A stretch of 64,000 bases of DNA from an uncultured Sandaracinus sp. (lineage in GTDB: Bacteria > Myxococcota_A > Polyangia > Polyangiales > Houyiibacteriaceae). The stretch is taken from positions 14,472 to 78,471 of the forward strand of contig CAYXAP010000029.1 of the NCBI GenBank assembly GCA_964462035.1, in the 5' to 3' direction. Within the stretch, counting starts at the first letter, position 1. Each line of letters begins with the position of its first letter. Shown piece by piece: positions 18,018-26,404 of this stretch. The position numbers were made by a program, and so were the translations under genes. The notes under the pieces are model-generated. The model saw nothing but the letters and a program-made list of their open reading frames with translations, ran no database searches and had not been told where the DNA came from.

Positions 18018-19835
18018 TCAGTCGCAGACGGTGACGCCGGCCGTCATGGTGCAGCCGAAGTCGTCACAGTCCGCGAAGCCGTTGCCGTCATTGTCGAGGC
18101 CATCGGTGCAGAGCGCGTTCGTGATCTCGGCACAGACGGTCACCGAGGGGTTCCGGCTGCAGTCCCAATCGTCGCAGTCCACGAAGCCATCGGCGTCGTT
18201 GTCCAGGCCGTCGCTGCAGCGAGCGTTGGTCGTCTCGAGGCAGGCGTTGACCCCGTCACAGTCGTCGTCCTCGCAGTCCACGAAGCCGTCGCCGTCGTTG
18301 TCGAAGCCGTCGCTGCAGGCGCGGTTGGTGTTCTCGGCGCACACCGTGACCGACGGGTTTCGGCTGCAGCTGTAGTCCTCGCAATCCACGAACCCATCCA
18401 TGTCGTTGTCGATGCCATCCATGCAGCGGGCGTTCGTGTTCTCGTCTTCGACGCAGACGAACGACTCATCCGTCGCTCCGTCGCAGTCGTCGTCCTGCGA
18501 GTTGCAGGTCTCGTCCACCGGCCCAGTGGCGCCCTCGCAGGCGCCGTACGAACCGGCGACGCAGGTCTGAGTTCCCTTCTCACAGGCGCCGACGCTCGAG
18601 CCGCACGCCTGGGTCTCCCCATCGATGCACGCGCACCCTTCGTCGGTCACGCCATCGCAGTCGTTGTCGAGCCCGTCGCAGCGCGTCTCGACCATTTGAT
18701 AGCTCGGCCCGTAGCGCGTGGGAGTGCAGGCCTCGAAGCCCGCGGCGCCGGCGCAGCGGCGGGTGGTGCCAGCGCACACGCCGTCGGTGAGCGCGCATGC
18801 CGGTCCCACGACGCCCTCGTCGGTGCTGGCGTCGCAGTCGTCGTCCTCCCCATCGCAGGTCTCCACGGAGGGACCGATCTCGCCAGCGCAGCTTCCGTAG
18901 GCGCCGCTCACGCAGATCTGCATGCCCTGCTGGCACGCTCCGATGTCGGAGCCACAGCTCTGGCTCTCCCCGTCGATGCATGCGCAACCCTCGTCGGTCA
19001 CACCGTCGCAGTCGTTGTCGAGCCCATCGCAGAGCGTCTCGGTCGCCTGATAGTCCCCGCCGTAGCTGGTGGTGCCCTCGCAGGCGAGGAAGCCGGCGGC
19101 GCCCCCGCACGCGCGCTCGGATCCGACGCAGACGCCGAGCTGCAGTGGGCAGTCGGGCGGGCTCAGCTCACCGGGCTCGTCGCTGTCGCCGTCGCAATCG
19201 TCGTCCACGCCGTTGCACGTCTCGCCCATCGGTTCGACCGCGCCTTCGCAGGCCCCCCAGCTGCCGGCCACGCAGGTCTGCGTGCCCATCTCGCAAGCGC
19301 CCGTCGCCGACCCGCAGGCCTGCGTCGCACCAATCGTGCACGCGCAGCCCTCATCCGTCGATCCGTCACAGTCGTTGTCCAGCCCATCGCATGAGCTCTC
19401 GTCGCTCTCGTAGTCCTCGCCGTACTCCGACGCTTCGCAGACGAGCACCGCGTCCACGCACCGGGGCGCGCCGCCGACGCACACGCCTTCCGTCAGCGGG
19501 CAGACGCCGATGACGTTCTCGTCGACCGAGTCGTCACAGTCGTCGTCGACCCCATTGCAACGCTCGAGGGCCAGTGGATGGATCGTCGCGTCGGCGTCAT
19601 TGCAGTCGGGGCCGTTCTCGCACCCGCGACCGAAGCCGTCCTCGTCCATATCGACGCAGGTCGCGTCACCTCCGCCATCGGTATCGGTGCCGGCGTCTTC
19701 GACCTCGCCACCGTCGACGTCCGGCGCCGCTCCGTCGGCCAAGGCCATGTCGGGCTCGACGTCGCCCCCGTCGTCATCGCCGCACGCGATGGAGCAGAGG
19801 AGGCCGAGAAGAAGGAGCCGGTGGAGGTACTGCAT
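18018..19835 (-). CDS. Large repeat lipoprotein built from MopE-like CDGxDNDCDG Cys/Asp motifs plus four C-terminal CxDGxDNDxDGFxDCxD repeats
   Basis: ORF 18018..20522. The plausible start is the ATG at 19835, giving MQYLHRLLLLGLLCSIACGDDDGG (lipobox). The ORF portion upstream of it is Arg/Pro-rich junk that overlaps the real + strand gene 20007..20744. There are three super-repeats of 117-120 aa, each starting CDGLDNDCDG(S/V)TDEGCAC. Confidence 0.75.
   Translation of the reverse strand: MQYLHRLLLLGLLCSIACGDDDGGDVEPDMALADGAAPDVDGGEVEDAGTDTDGGGDATCVDMDEDGFGRGCENGPDCNDADATIHPLALERCNGVDDDCDDSVDENVIGVCPLTEGVCVGGAPRCVDAVLVCEASEYGEDYESDESSCDGLDNDCDGSTDEGCACTIGATQACGSATGACEMGTQTCVAGSWGACEGAVEPMGETCNGVDDDCDGDSDEPGELSPPDCPLQLGVCVGSERACGGAAGFLACEGTTSYGGDYQATETLCDGLDNDCDGVTDEGCACIDGESQSCGSDIGACQQGMQICVSGAYGSCAGEIGPSVETCDGEDDDCDASTDEGVVGPACALTDGVCAGTTRRCAGAAGFEACTPTRYGPSYQMVETRCDGLDNDCDGVTDEGCACIDGETQACGSSVGACEKGTQTCVAGSYGACEGATGPVDETCNSQDDDCDGATDESFVCVEDENTNARCMDGIDNDMDGFVDCEDYSCSRNPSVTVCAENTNRACSDGFDNDGDGFVDCEDDDCDGVNACLETTNARCSDGLDNDADGFVDCDDWDCSRNPSVTVCAEITNALCTDGLDNDGNGFADCDDFGCTMTAGVTVCD
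18440..19400 (-). repeat. Intragenic tandem super-repeat (period about 351-360 nt, about 3 copies) encoding the Cys-rich modules
   Basis: Near-identical DNA blocks recur at about 18650, 19000 and 19360, e.g. gtcac(g/a)cc(a/g)tcgcagtcgttgtcgagccc(g/a)tcgca. The period was counted from the protein repeats (117 and 120 aa). Confidence 0.7.
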
Positions 19836-20006
19836 GAGGATCCGGGGGTGTGGGTTCGAAGAGATACCGGACCTTACGGAGCGGATCGGACGACCTCCCG
19901 TGGTGGAATCGGACCGCGTCCGAGAGCGGCATTCGCGGACGCGATATCGGGGAACCGCTGTCGATCGACGCCACCCCTGCTGCACCCGCTGAACCGCGCG
20001 AGAACG

Positions 20007-20744
20007 ATGGCAAGGGCGCTTCGGGGCGCTATGGTCGGGCCGATGGGCCGCGCGCTCCTGCTCCTGGCGATCTGTGGTGGCTGTGCCGCAGCGAACCCCT
20101 CGTGGGAGGGCGGGTCGACCACACCCGAGCACCGGACCGATCTCGCCGCTGGCGCCGCGGTCCGCGTGCCCGTCGCGAACATGCGCGACCCGGGCCCCGC
20201 CGAGAGCAGCTACCGACAGGTCGCGGAGAGTGGCGGGATGGTGCCGGTGGCGATGGGTCGCTACGGGCTCGATGGCTTCGACCTCGGGTTGATGGTCGCC
20301 GGTCCGATGGTGCGGCTCGACCTGCGACGGGAGATCGTGCTCGCCAACGGCTCGACGCGGAAGGCGCTGGTGTTCGCGGTCTCGCCCTTCGCCGGTGCGA
20401 TCCCGGAAGACGACGATCGCGGGTCGGGCGCACGCTTCGGCGGTGAGGTGCGGGCCGCCTACGGTGCCGACATCGGCGGGCTCTACGACGCGTGGATCGG
20501 AGTCCGGCTGGGTGTGGAGCACGCCCGCGGGGACCTATTGCTGGCCGGCGACTACGAGCTCGCCACCGGGACCGCCCTGCGAGCAGGCGCGGTGATCGGC
20601 ATGGCCGCCGGGTTTCGACGGCTCCATGCGTTCATCGAGGTCACCGCGTGGGCGGAAGGCTGGTTCGCGAGCCATGGCGATCTGGATCTCGACCGCTTCG
20701 GGCTGGTGCTCACCCCGAGCTTTGGCTTCCGCGTCCGCATCTGA
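20007..20744 (+). CDS. Hypothetical lipoprotein, possibly an outer-membrane beta-barrel-like protein
   Basis: ORF 19578..20744. The ATG at 20007 gives MARALRGAMVGPMGRALLLLAICGGCAAAN (lipobox). It is rich in Gly and alternating residues and ends ...LTPSFGFRVRI. A strong terminator follows. Confidence 0.6.
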   Translation: MARALRGAMVGPMGRALLLLAICGGCAAANPSWEGGSTTPEHRTDLAAGAAVRVPVANMRDPGPAESSYRQVAESGGMVPVAMGRYGLDGFDLGLMVAGPMVRLDLRREIVLANGSTRKALVFAVSPFAGAIPEDDDRGSGARFGGEVRAAYGADIGGLYDAWIGVRLGVEHARGDLLLAGDYELATGTALRAGAVIGMAAGFRRLHAFIEVTAWAEGWFASHGDLDLDRFGLVLTPSFGFRVRI

Positions 20745-20761
20745 ACGGCCGTGCACCGCCG

Positions 20762-20783
20762 ACCGGCCATTCGGCCGGTTTTT
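20762..20783 (+). terminator. Rho-independent terminator
   Basis: ACCGGCC-ATTC-GGCCGGT stem-loop followed by a T-run (TTTT), 18 nt after the TGA at 20742-20744. Confidence 0.8.
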
Positions 20784-20895
20784 GCCGTTCCGCGATTTCG
20801 AACCGTGACCAGTCGGACAGGAATCGTGAAAAGGGGTCACGGGTGAGACTCGTCGATTGCCGCGATTTTTCCGGGTCTTCGGCTATGCTTCGGCC

Positions 20896-22710
20896 ATGCC
20901 GAGCCTGAAGTGGATCGTGGCGGAGGGGCGACCCCACACGTTCCCCATCTACAAGAAGATCACGACCATCGGCCGCGGCGGTGCCAACGACGTGGTGATC
21001 GAGGACGGAAGCCTCGAGACGAACCACGCGCAGATCGTCTTCGACGGCCGTGACTTCAACCTCTCGGAGGTCGACAAGAAGGGCTCGGTGGCGGTCAACG
21101 GCAAGAAGCGCCGCAAGACCAAGATCTTCCACAACGACCGCATCGTCATGGGCGAGGTCGACCTGGTCTTCAGCGTCTACGACGAGGTCGAGCACGCCAC
21201 GAGCGAAGCCGAAGACGATCGCAGCGCCGAGCTCGCCGGCATGATGAAGCTCAGCGAGTTCAACCGGCGGCTGCTCGAGATCCGCTCGGTCCCGGAGCAG
21301 ATCACCGCCCTGCTCGACGCGGTCATCGAGGTCACCCACGCGGCCAAGGGCTTCATCATCCTGACCCGGAACGACGAGCCGGAGATCGCGGCCGCCCGGA
21401 ACCTGGATCAGAAGGACATCACCGACGGCGTCCGGCATCTGTCGGACAGCATCATCCGCCGCTGCATCGACACCCGAACGCCGCTGATCGTCAGCGACGC
21501 GCTCCACGACTCGATGTTCGGGACCTCCGAGAGCGTGATGAGCCTGAAGCTCTGCTCGGTGATGGTGGCGCCGCTGATCTCGCAGGGTCAGCTGCTCGGT
21601 CTGATCTACGTCGGCAACGACAACGTGGTGAGCCTCTTCGAGGACTCGTCACTCGACATCCTGACGATCTTCGCCGGCCAGGCCTCGCTGATTCTCCAGA
21701 ACGCGATGCTCATGGACGAGGTGGTCATGGACCGCGACCGGATGGCCGGTGAGCTCGACGTGAAGAAGTTCGGCGACATCATCGGCTCCTGCCCGAGCCT
21801 CCTCGAGGTCTTCAACAAGGTCGAGAAGGTCGCGAGCGCGAACATCAACGTGCTCATCACCGGAGAGACCGGCACCGGCAAGGAGCTGATCGCCCGCGAG
21901 ATCCACCGCCGCTCGCCGCGCAAGGACGAGCCCTTCGTGGTCGTGAACTGCGGAGCGATCCCCGAGAACCTGATGGAGTCGGAGCTCTTCGGTCACGTCC
22001 GCGGCGCGTTCACCGGCGCGGTCGCGACGCGCGACGGCAAGTTCCAGCAGGCGGACAAGGGCACCCTCTTCCTCGACGAGATCGGCGAGATGCCGCTCTC
22101 GCTGCAGGTGAAGCTCCTGCGCGCGATCCAGGAGCGCGTGGTGATGAAGGTCGGCGACAGCAAGCAGCAATCGGTCGACATCCGCGTGGTCGCAGCGACC
22201 AACCGAGACCTCGAAGCGGAGATCCAGAACAACGCCTTCCGCGAAGATCTCTTCTACCGGCTCAACGTGGTGAACCTACACCTCCCGCCGCTCCGTGAGC
22301 GTGGGGACGACGTGGTGGTCATCGCCAAGTACCTGCTCAACAAATACTCCCAGGAGTACGGCTCGGCAGTGAAGGGCTTCACCCCGGGCGCACTCGCCGC
22401 GATGCGGAAATACAACTGGCCCGGCAACGTCCGGCAGCTCGAGAACCGCATCAAGAAAGCGATCGTCCTAGCGGACAAGACGCTGGTCGGGAGCGAGGAC
22501 CTCGACCTCTTCCCGGAGGCGCTCAAGCCAGTCGCCCCGCTGAGCGAGGCCCGCGAGGACTTCACCCGCCGCTACATCCTCGAGATCCTCGAGCGCAACG
22601 ACGGAAACCGGACCAAGACGGCGCGCGATCTGGGCGTCGATCCCCGGACGATCTTCCGATACCTCGAACGCGAGCCCGACGCCCCGGAGCCCGGGCGCGC
22701 TCGCGACTGA
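20896..22710 (+). CDS. Sigma-54-dependent transcriptional activator (bEBP) with FHA - GAF - AAA+ - Fis-type HTH architecture
   Basis: ATG at 20896. FHA-like N-terminus ([30 protein letters not shown]). AAA+ core with Walker A GETGTGKE, an intact GAFTGA loop ([10 protein letters not shown]), Walker [10 protein letters not shown], and [22 protein letters not shown]-terminal [23 protein letters not shown]. Confidence 0.9.
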   Translation: MPSLKWIVAEGRPHTFPIYKKITTIGRGGANDVVIEDGSLETNHAQIVFDGRDFNLSEVDKKGSVAVNGKKRRKTKIFHNDRIVMGEVDLVFSVYDEVEHATSEAEDDRSAELAGMMKLSEFNRRLLEIRSVPEQITALLDAVIEVTHAAKGFIILTRNDEPEIAAARNLDQKDITDGVRHLSDSIIRRCIDTRTPLIVSDALHDSMFGTSESVMSLKLCSVMVAPLISQGQLLGLIYVGNDNVVSLFEDSSLDILTIFAGQASLILQNAMLMDEVVMDRDRMAGELDVKKFGDIIGSCPSLLEVFNKVEKVASANINVLITGETGTGKELIAREIHRRSPRKDEPFVVVNCGAIPENLMESELFGHVRGAFTGAVATRDGKFQQADKGTLFLDEIGEMPLSLQVKLLRAIQERVVMKVGDSKQQSVDIRVVAATNRDLEAEIQNNAFREDLFYRLNVVNLHLPPLRERGDDVVVIAKYLLNKYSQEYGSAVKGFTPGALAAMRKYNWPGNVRQLENRIKKAIVLADKTLVGSEDLDLFPEALKPVAPLSEAREDFTRRYILEILERNDGNRTKTARDLGVDPRTIFRYLEREPDAPEPGRARD

Positions 22711-22819
22711 TCGCAACAGAACGTGCACCGGCCCGGGATCCCGGACATTTTTGTCGGACCGGTTCCGCTGACGATGAAGTCCACTCACGAAAAACCCAAT
22801 GATTTCAGACCAGGATGTC

Positions 22820-22836
22820 CTGGCACATGGGTTGCT
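22820..22836 (+). promoter_or_regulatory. Sigma-54 (-24/-12) promoter CTGGCACATGGGTTGCT
   Basis: It matches the consensus YTGGCACGrNNNTTGCW at every invariant position (TGGCAC-N5-TTGC-T). It lies 110 nt after the bEBP stop, in a locally less GC-rich spacer. Confidence 0.75.
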
Positions 22837-22848
22837 CTCCTGAAGGGC

Positions 22849-23418
22849 ATGGGCTCGCTGCGCGCCTCGACCCGGTTCGCGCTGCCCATCCTCGCGATGT
22901 TCCTCACTCCCCTCACGAACGGCTGCCTGATCACGGACCCGATCGACATCCCGCAGGAGGAGAACGTCCCGCCCTCCATCGTCAGTGACAACGCGGCGCC
23001 GGAACCCCGCTACCCGATCGAGCAGATCGTCACCCTCGACCGTGACGTGGACGAGTCGCTGAGGTTCGACGTGATCGTCCGCGACCCGAACCTCGACGAT
23101 GAGCTGGAGTGGGCGGTCTACTACAACTTCGAAGCGGGCGGAGCGAACACCATCTTGGTGCCGGGCCGCCTCGGCAAAGCCGAGGAGCTCGAGCGCCCCC
23201 TCTTCTTCGAGCTCAACGATCTCACCCGCTTCACTCGTGGGCTCTGCCACAAGATCGAGCTCCGAGTATCGCGTGACCTCCAGGCCGATGGCTTCCCCCC
23301 GCCGCCACCCGAGGACGTGACCGACCCGCCTCCGCTCGATCTCGCGGTGGCCGTGTGGTGGATCAACTCGCTCTCGGAAGACGGCACCCCGACCGACCTC
23401 GCGACATGCCCCGACTGA
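22849..23418 (+). CDS. Hypothetical secreted protein / probable lipoprotein, first gene of the sigma-54-driven operon
   Basis: ORF 22723..23418. The ATG at 22849 gives MGSLRASTRFALPILAMFLTPLTNGCLITDP (signal peptide with Cys; the lipobox is non-ideal). I recognise no family. It overlaps the next gene by 13 nt. Confidence 0.6.
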   Translation: MGSLRASTRFALPILAMFLTPLTNGCLITDPIDIPQEENVPPSIVSDNAAPEPRYPIEQIVTLDRDVDESLRFDVIVRDPNLDDELEWAVYYNFEAGGANTILVPGRLGKAEELERPLFFELNDLTRFTRGLCHKIELRVSRDLQADGFPPPPPEDVTDPPPLDLAVAVWWINSLSEDGTPTDLATCPD

Positions 23419-25106
23419 TCTCTCCCCGACACTGGCTTCTCGTGCTCGGAGCGATGGTGCTCGCGGGCTGCGGCTTGGTGGGCCTCGACCCCGAGGTCCA
23501 GAACGTCTGCTCGAACGACTCCGAGTGTGGCGAGTACAGCTGCGACTCCGATCGCGGGATGTGCGTGGCCGATGTCACCACCCCCTACACGATGGTGCTC
23601 GAGGTCACGCCGAACGCCGCGACCGACAGCGCGCTGCCGACCTGGCGCAGCGGCGACGTGGCCTTCGAAGGCGCCCGTGAGTGGCCGGTCCGGCTCGACG
23701 CCTACGTCGAGCTCCGCGGCACCGTCCGGTGGGGCGGTGAGCGAGTCGACGCCGAGCTCATCTTCAGCCGACCGGGCCTCGAGGGCCGACCGGTGCAGCG
23801 CCTGCGCACCAACACCTTCGACGAAGCGCGCTCCGCGGACGACCAGGAATACGACTTCGCCATCCGGCTGCCCGCTGGTGCGACCTTCACCGTGGAGGTT
23901 CGACCGAGCGGTGCGATGCGCGCCGATGGCAGCTGGCTGACCACGCTCCCTCCGCTCTACTTCAGCCCGCCGGCGCTCCCCGTGGCCGAGCCCGGCGTGG
24001 CCGCGCAGATCCTCTACCAGCCCTTCGACTACCCGGAAGGGCTCGCGACGGCCTGCTCACGAGAGGTGCGCTCTGGCTGCACGCTCGCGGGTTCGGTGCT
24101 CGCGATGGAAGACGGCACGCCGCAACCGCAGGAGGGCCTGCAGGTGCGGGCCGTCGACCTCGAAGGGCGCGTGGTCTCCTCGGCCGCCTTCACCGATGAG
24201 GAAGGGCTCTTCTCGCTGGTCCTCGGCCCGCGTGTCGAGAGCTACCTCATCCGAGTCAGCGCCTCGAGCGACCGACCCCTCTTCCCGACCATCAAGGTCG
24301 ACCCGGCGTTCCTCACCGAAGAGTTCACCATCCGGGTGCCGACCACCCAGGTCATCGAGTACGAGGGCCGCGTCGAGGCGCCGAACGAGGACCCGATCGC
24401 GGGCGCGACCATCACCTTCCGCACCGACTCCGTGACGGACCCGACCACGGGCATCGCCGGCAGCTTCGAGACCACCGCGACCTCCGACGAAGACGGCCAC
24501 TTCGCGGCAACGCTCCTGGCGGGTGACTACGAAGTCGTCGTGACGCCGCTCTCGGGGCAGCTCACCGTCCTGACCGAGGAGCTCTCCATCACGGCGAGCG
24601 AGGGCGTGGACATCCTGCGCGGACAGCTCTTCACCCTGAAGCGGGCGAGCCAGCTCGGCGCCACCATCACCGACTTCGCCGGACGGCAGGTCCCCGCCGC
24701 GACCGTGCAGGCCTCGGCGCTGGCGCGACCCTTCGAAGACCTGCCGGCGAGCGAGTTCAACCGCACTCAAATGGCCACCGCGGACGAGACGGGTCAGGCG
24801 ACCGTGCCCCTCGACGTCGGCGTCTACGACGTGACCTTCCGCGGCGGCAGCACCGCTGGCTACGCCTGGCGCATCATGCCGGAGGTCGCCGTGCTCGACC
24901 CGGGCACCACGCTCATGGAGAGCATCGTTCTCCAGGCCCCGGTCCCGGTCAGCGGCGACGTCCTCGGCCCCGACGAGATGCCCCTGGTCGACGCCGAGGT
25001 CCGAGCCTTCGCCCGCACGGAGTCCGGCCGCTATGTCGAGATCGGCAGCGGTCGAACGGACGTCAGCGGTCGCTACGAGCTGCTGCTCCCGCCCTCGATC
25101 GAGTAG
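23406..25106 (+). CDS. Lipoprotein with several carboxypeptidase-regulatory-like (CarboxypepD_reg / Ig-like beta-sandwich) repeats
   Basis: ORF 23355..25106. The ATG at 23406 gives MPRLISPRHWLLVLGAMVLAGCG (lipobox). It has repeated motifs such as TDEEGLFSLVLGP, SDEDGHFAATLLAGDYEVVV, ADETGQATVPLDVGVYDVTF and TDVSGRYELLLPP. Confidence 0.65.
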   Translation: MPRLISPRHWLLVLGAMVLAGCGLVGLDPEVQNVCSNDSECGEYSCDSDRGMCVADVTTPYTMVLEVTPNAATDSALPTWRSGDVAFEGAREWPVRLDAYVELRGTVRWGGERVDAELIFSRPGLEGRPVQRLRTNTFDEARSADDQEYDFAIRLPAGATFTVEVRPSGAMRADGSWLTTLPPLYFSPPALPVAEPGVAAQILYQPFDYPEGLATACSREVRSGCTLAGSVLAMEDGTPQPQEGLQVRAVDLEGRVVSSAAFTDEEGLFSLVLGPRVESYLIRVSASSDRPLFPTIKVDPAFLTEEFTIRVPTTQVIEYEGRVEAPNEDPIAGATITFRTDSVTDPTTGIAGSFETTATSDEDGHFAATLLAGDYEVVVTPLSGQLTVLTEELSITASEGVDILRGQLFTLKRASQLGATITDFAGRQVPAATVQASALARPFEDLPASEFNRTQMATADETGQATVPLDVGVYDVTFRGGSTAGYAWRIMPEVAVLDPGTTLMESIVLQAPVPVSGDVLGPDEMPLVDAEVRAFARTESGRYVEIGSGRTDVSGRYELLLPPSIE

Positions 25107-25209
25107 GTCGCAAGGCGACTCCGAGAGTCGACGCAGAGAGCCGACTCCGACGACCGACTCCGTGAACCGACGGCCGACGGTAGAGACCGGGTGCGACCCC
25201 GACCCCGAT

Positions 25210-26376
25210 TCACTCGGCGCAGTGAGCCCCGCAGAAGCTCCACCCGCCACCTGGCACCCCACGCGGCGCATGCTCCTCCAGGAAGCGCACCGCATCATCC
25301 ACGTCGTCGGTGAGGTGGATCAGATCGCCATAGACGTGGCCCTTCGCGAGCTTCTCCAGCACCGGATAGATCGGCTTCTCTTCGGTCCAGTACGCCGTGT
25401 CCAGGAAGACCATCGGACTCGCCATGTCTCCGACCGTGCCGTAGTGGTTCTGGGCCGCGTCCTGGAAGATCTCCTGAATCGTCCCCGCGCTCCCCGGCGC
25501 GTACACGATCCCGTGCGAGGCCACGCTGATCAGGCCGTCCTCGCGCACGCTGTTGGCGAAGTACTTGGCCACGTGGGTCGCGAAGAGGTTGGGGGGCTCG
25601 TGACCGTAGAGGAAGGTGGGGATGCCGAGGCTCCGGCCGCAGCGCTCGTCGACCGGGTGGGCTTCGCGAGCGCGGAAGGCGGCGGCGAGCCATTCGCGGT
25701 CCTGGTAGCTCGGTGCTTCGGCGAGAATCCGCAGCCCATCGGTGAGCGCGTCGTCCCCGCGGTGCGCGAAGTGGGTGCCGACGTGCGTGGCCTCCATCGC
25801 GCCAGGGCCACCGCCGCTCACCAGGAAGAAGCCCTTCTCGGCCAAGCTGCGGCTCATACGCGCGACCGCGGCGAAGCGCGGGTGGTCGCGCTCCATCGAG
25901 TGGCCACCCATGACGGCGACCACCGGCGCGTCGATGCCCTCCAGCAGCGTCTCCATCGCGTCGGTCATCGCGTGGTCGTGCAGCCGTCGTGCGAGCGCCT
26001 CGAGCACCGAGCCGGGGAACTGCCGGCCGGTGTCCACCCAGTGCCGGTAGATCTGCGCGTCGGGTGTGTCGCAGTAGGTGCAGGGGTCGGTCGGATCGAA
26101 GCCGGCGAAGAGCTCGTCGGGCGTGTAGAGCCGGTTGCGGTAGGGGTCGAAGGGCAGGTCGCCGATGCGAGGAAAAACCAGCGCGCCACGGCAGACCACG
26201 TCGGCGATGACGGCAGGACTCAGCTTGCAGCCGAGGAAGACCGCACCCGCGACGTCGTGTTCGCCCAGCCGGCCTTCGACCGCCCGCAGATCGAGCCCGT
26301 TGAAGACGATCACCCCGAGCGGCCCGGAGGCCTCCAGCAGGTGCCGCGCCACCTCGACATCATGGACCTCGCGCAT
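25210..26376 (-). CDS. LOG / lysine-decarboxylase-like (Rossmann nucleotide-binding) family protein with an N-terminal extension of about 150 aa
   Basis: LVSGGGPGAMEATHVG and VYAPGSAGTIQEIFQ resemble the two LOG-superfamily motifs (GGGxGxME / PGGxGTxxE). The N-terminal region (VIVFNGLDLRAVEGRLGEHDVAGAVFLGCKL) is unassigned. Confidence 0.5.
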   Translation of the reverse strand: MREVHDVEVARHLLEASGPLGVIVFNGLDLRAVEGRLGEHDVAGAVFLGCKLSPAVIADVVCRGALVFPRIGDLPFDPYRNRLYTPDELFAGFDPTDPCTYCDTPDAQIYRHWVDTGRQFPGSVLEALARRLHDHAMTDAMETLLEGIDAPVVAVMGGHSMERDHPRFAAVARMSRSLAEKGFFLVSGGGPGAMEATHVGTHFAHRGDDALTDGLRILAEAPSYQDREWLAAAFRAREAHPVDERCGRSLGIPTFLYGHEPPNLFATHVAKYFANSVREDGLISVASHGIVYAPGSAGTIQEIFQDAAQNHYGTVGDMASPMVFLDTAYWTEEKPIYPVLEKLAKGHVYGDLIHLTDDVDDAVRFLEEHAPRGVPGGGWSFCGAHCAE

Positions 26377-26404
26377 CCCGCTCTTGTATCAGAGCGGCCG
26401 AGGC

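Noticed and set aside
18440-19400. Regularly spaced repeats that might suggest a CRISPR-like array (also 58657..58850)
   Set aside because: The repeats lie inside open reading frames and keep the reading frame (33-nt and ~351-360-nt units). They encode sensible peptide repeats and have no unique spacers or nearby cas genes.
19836-20522. N-terminal ~230 codons of ORF 18018..20522
   Set aside because: This part is Arg/Pro-rich and overlaps the better-supported + strand lipoprotein gene 20007..20744. A lipoprotein signal peptide begins at the internal ATG at 19835.
25107-25162. Small hairpins (GTCGC-AAG-GCGAC, CGACTC-CGA-GAGTCG) and three copies of CGACTCCG in the convergent intergenic region
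   Set aside because: The stems are short, no U-tract follows, and octamer recurrence in GC-rich DNA could be chance. This is not enough to call a terminator or a binding site.
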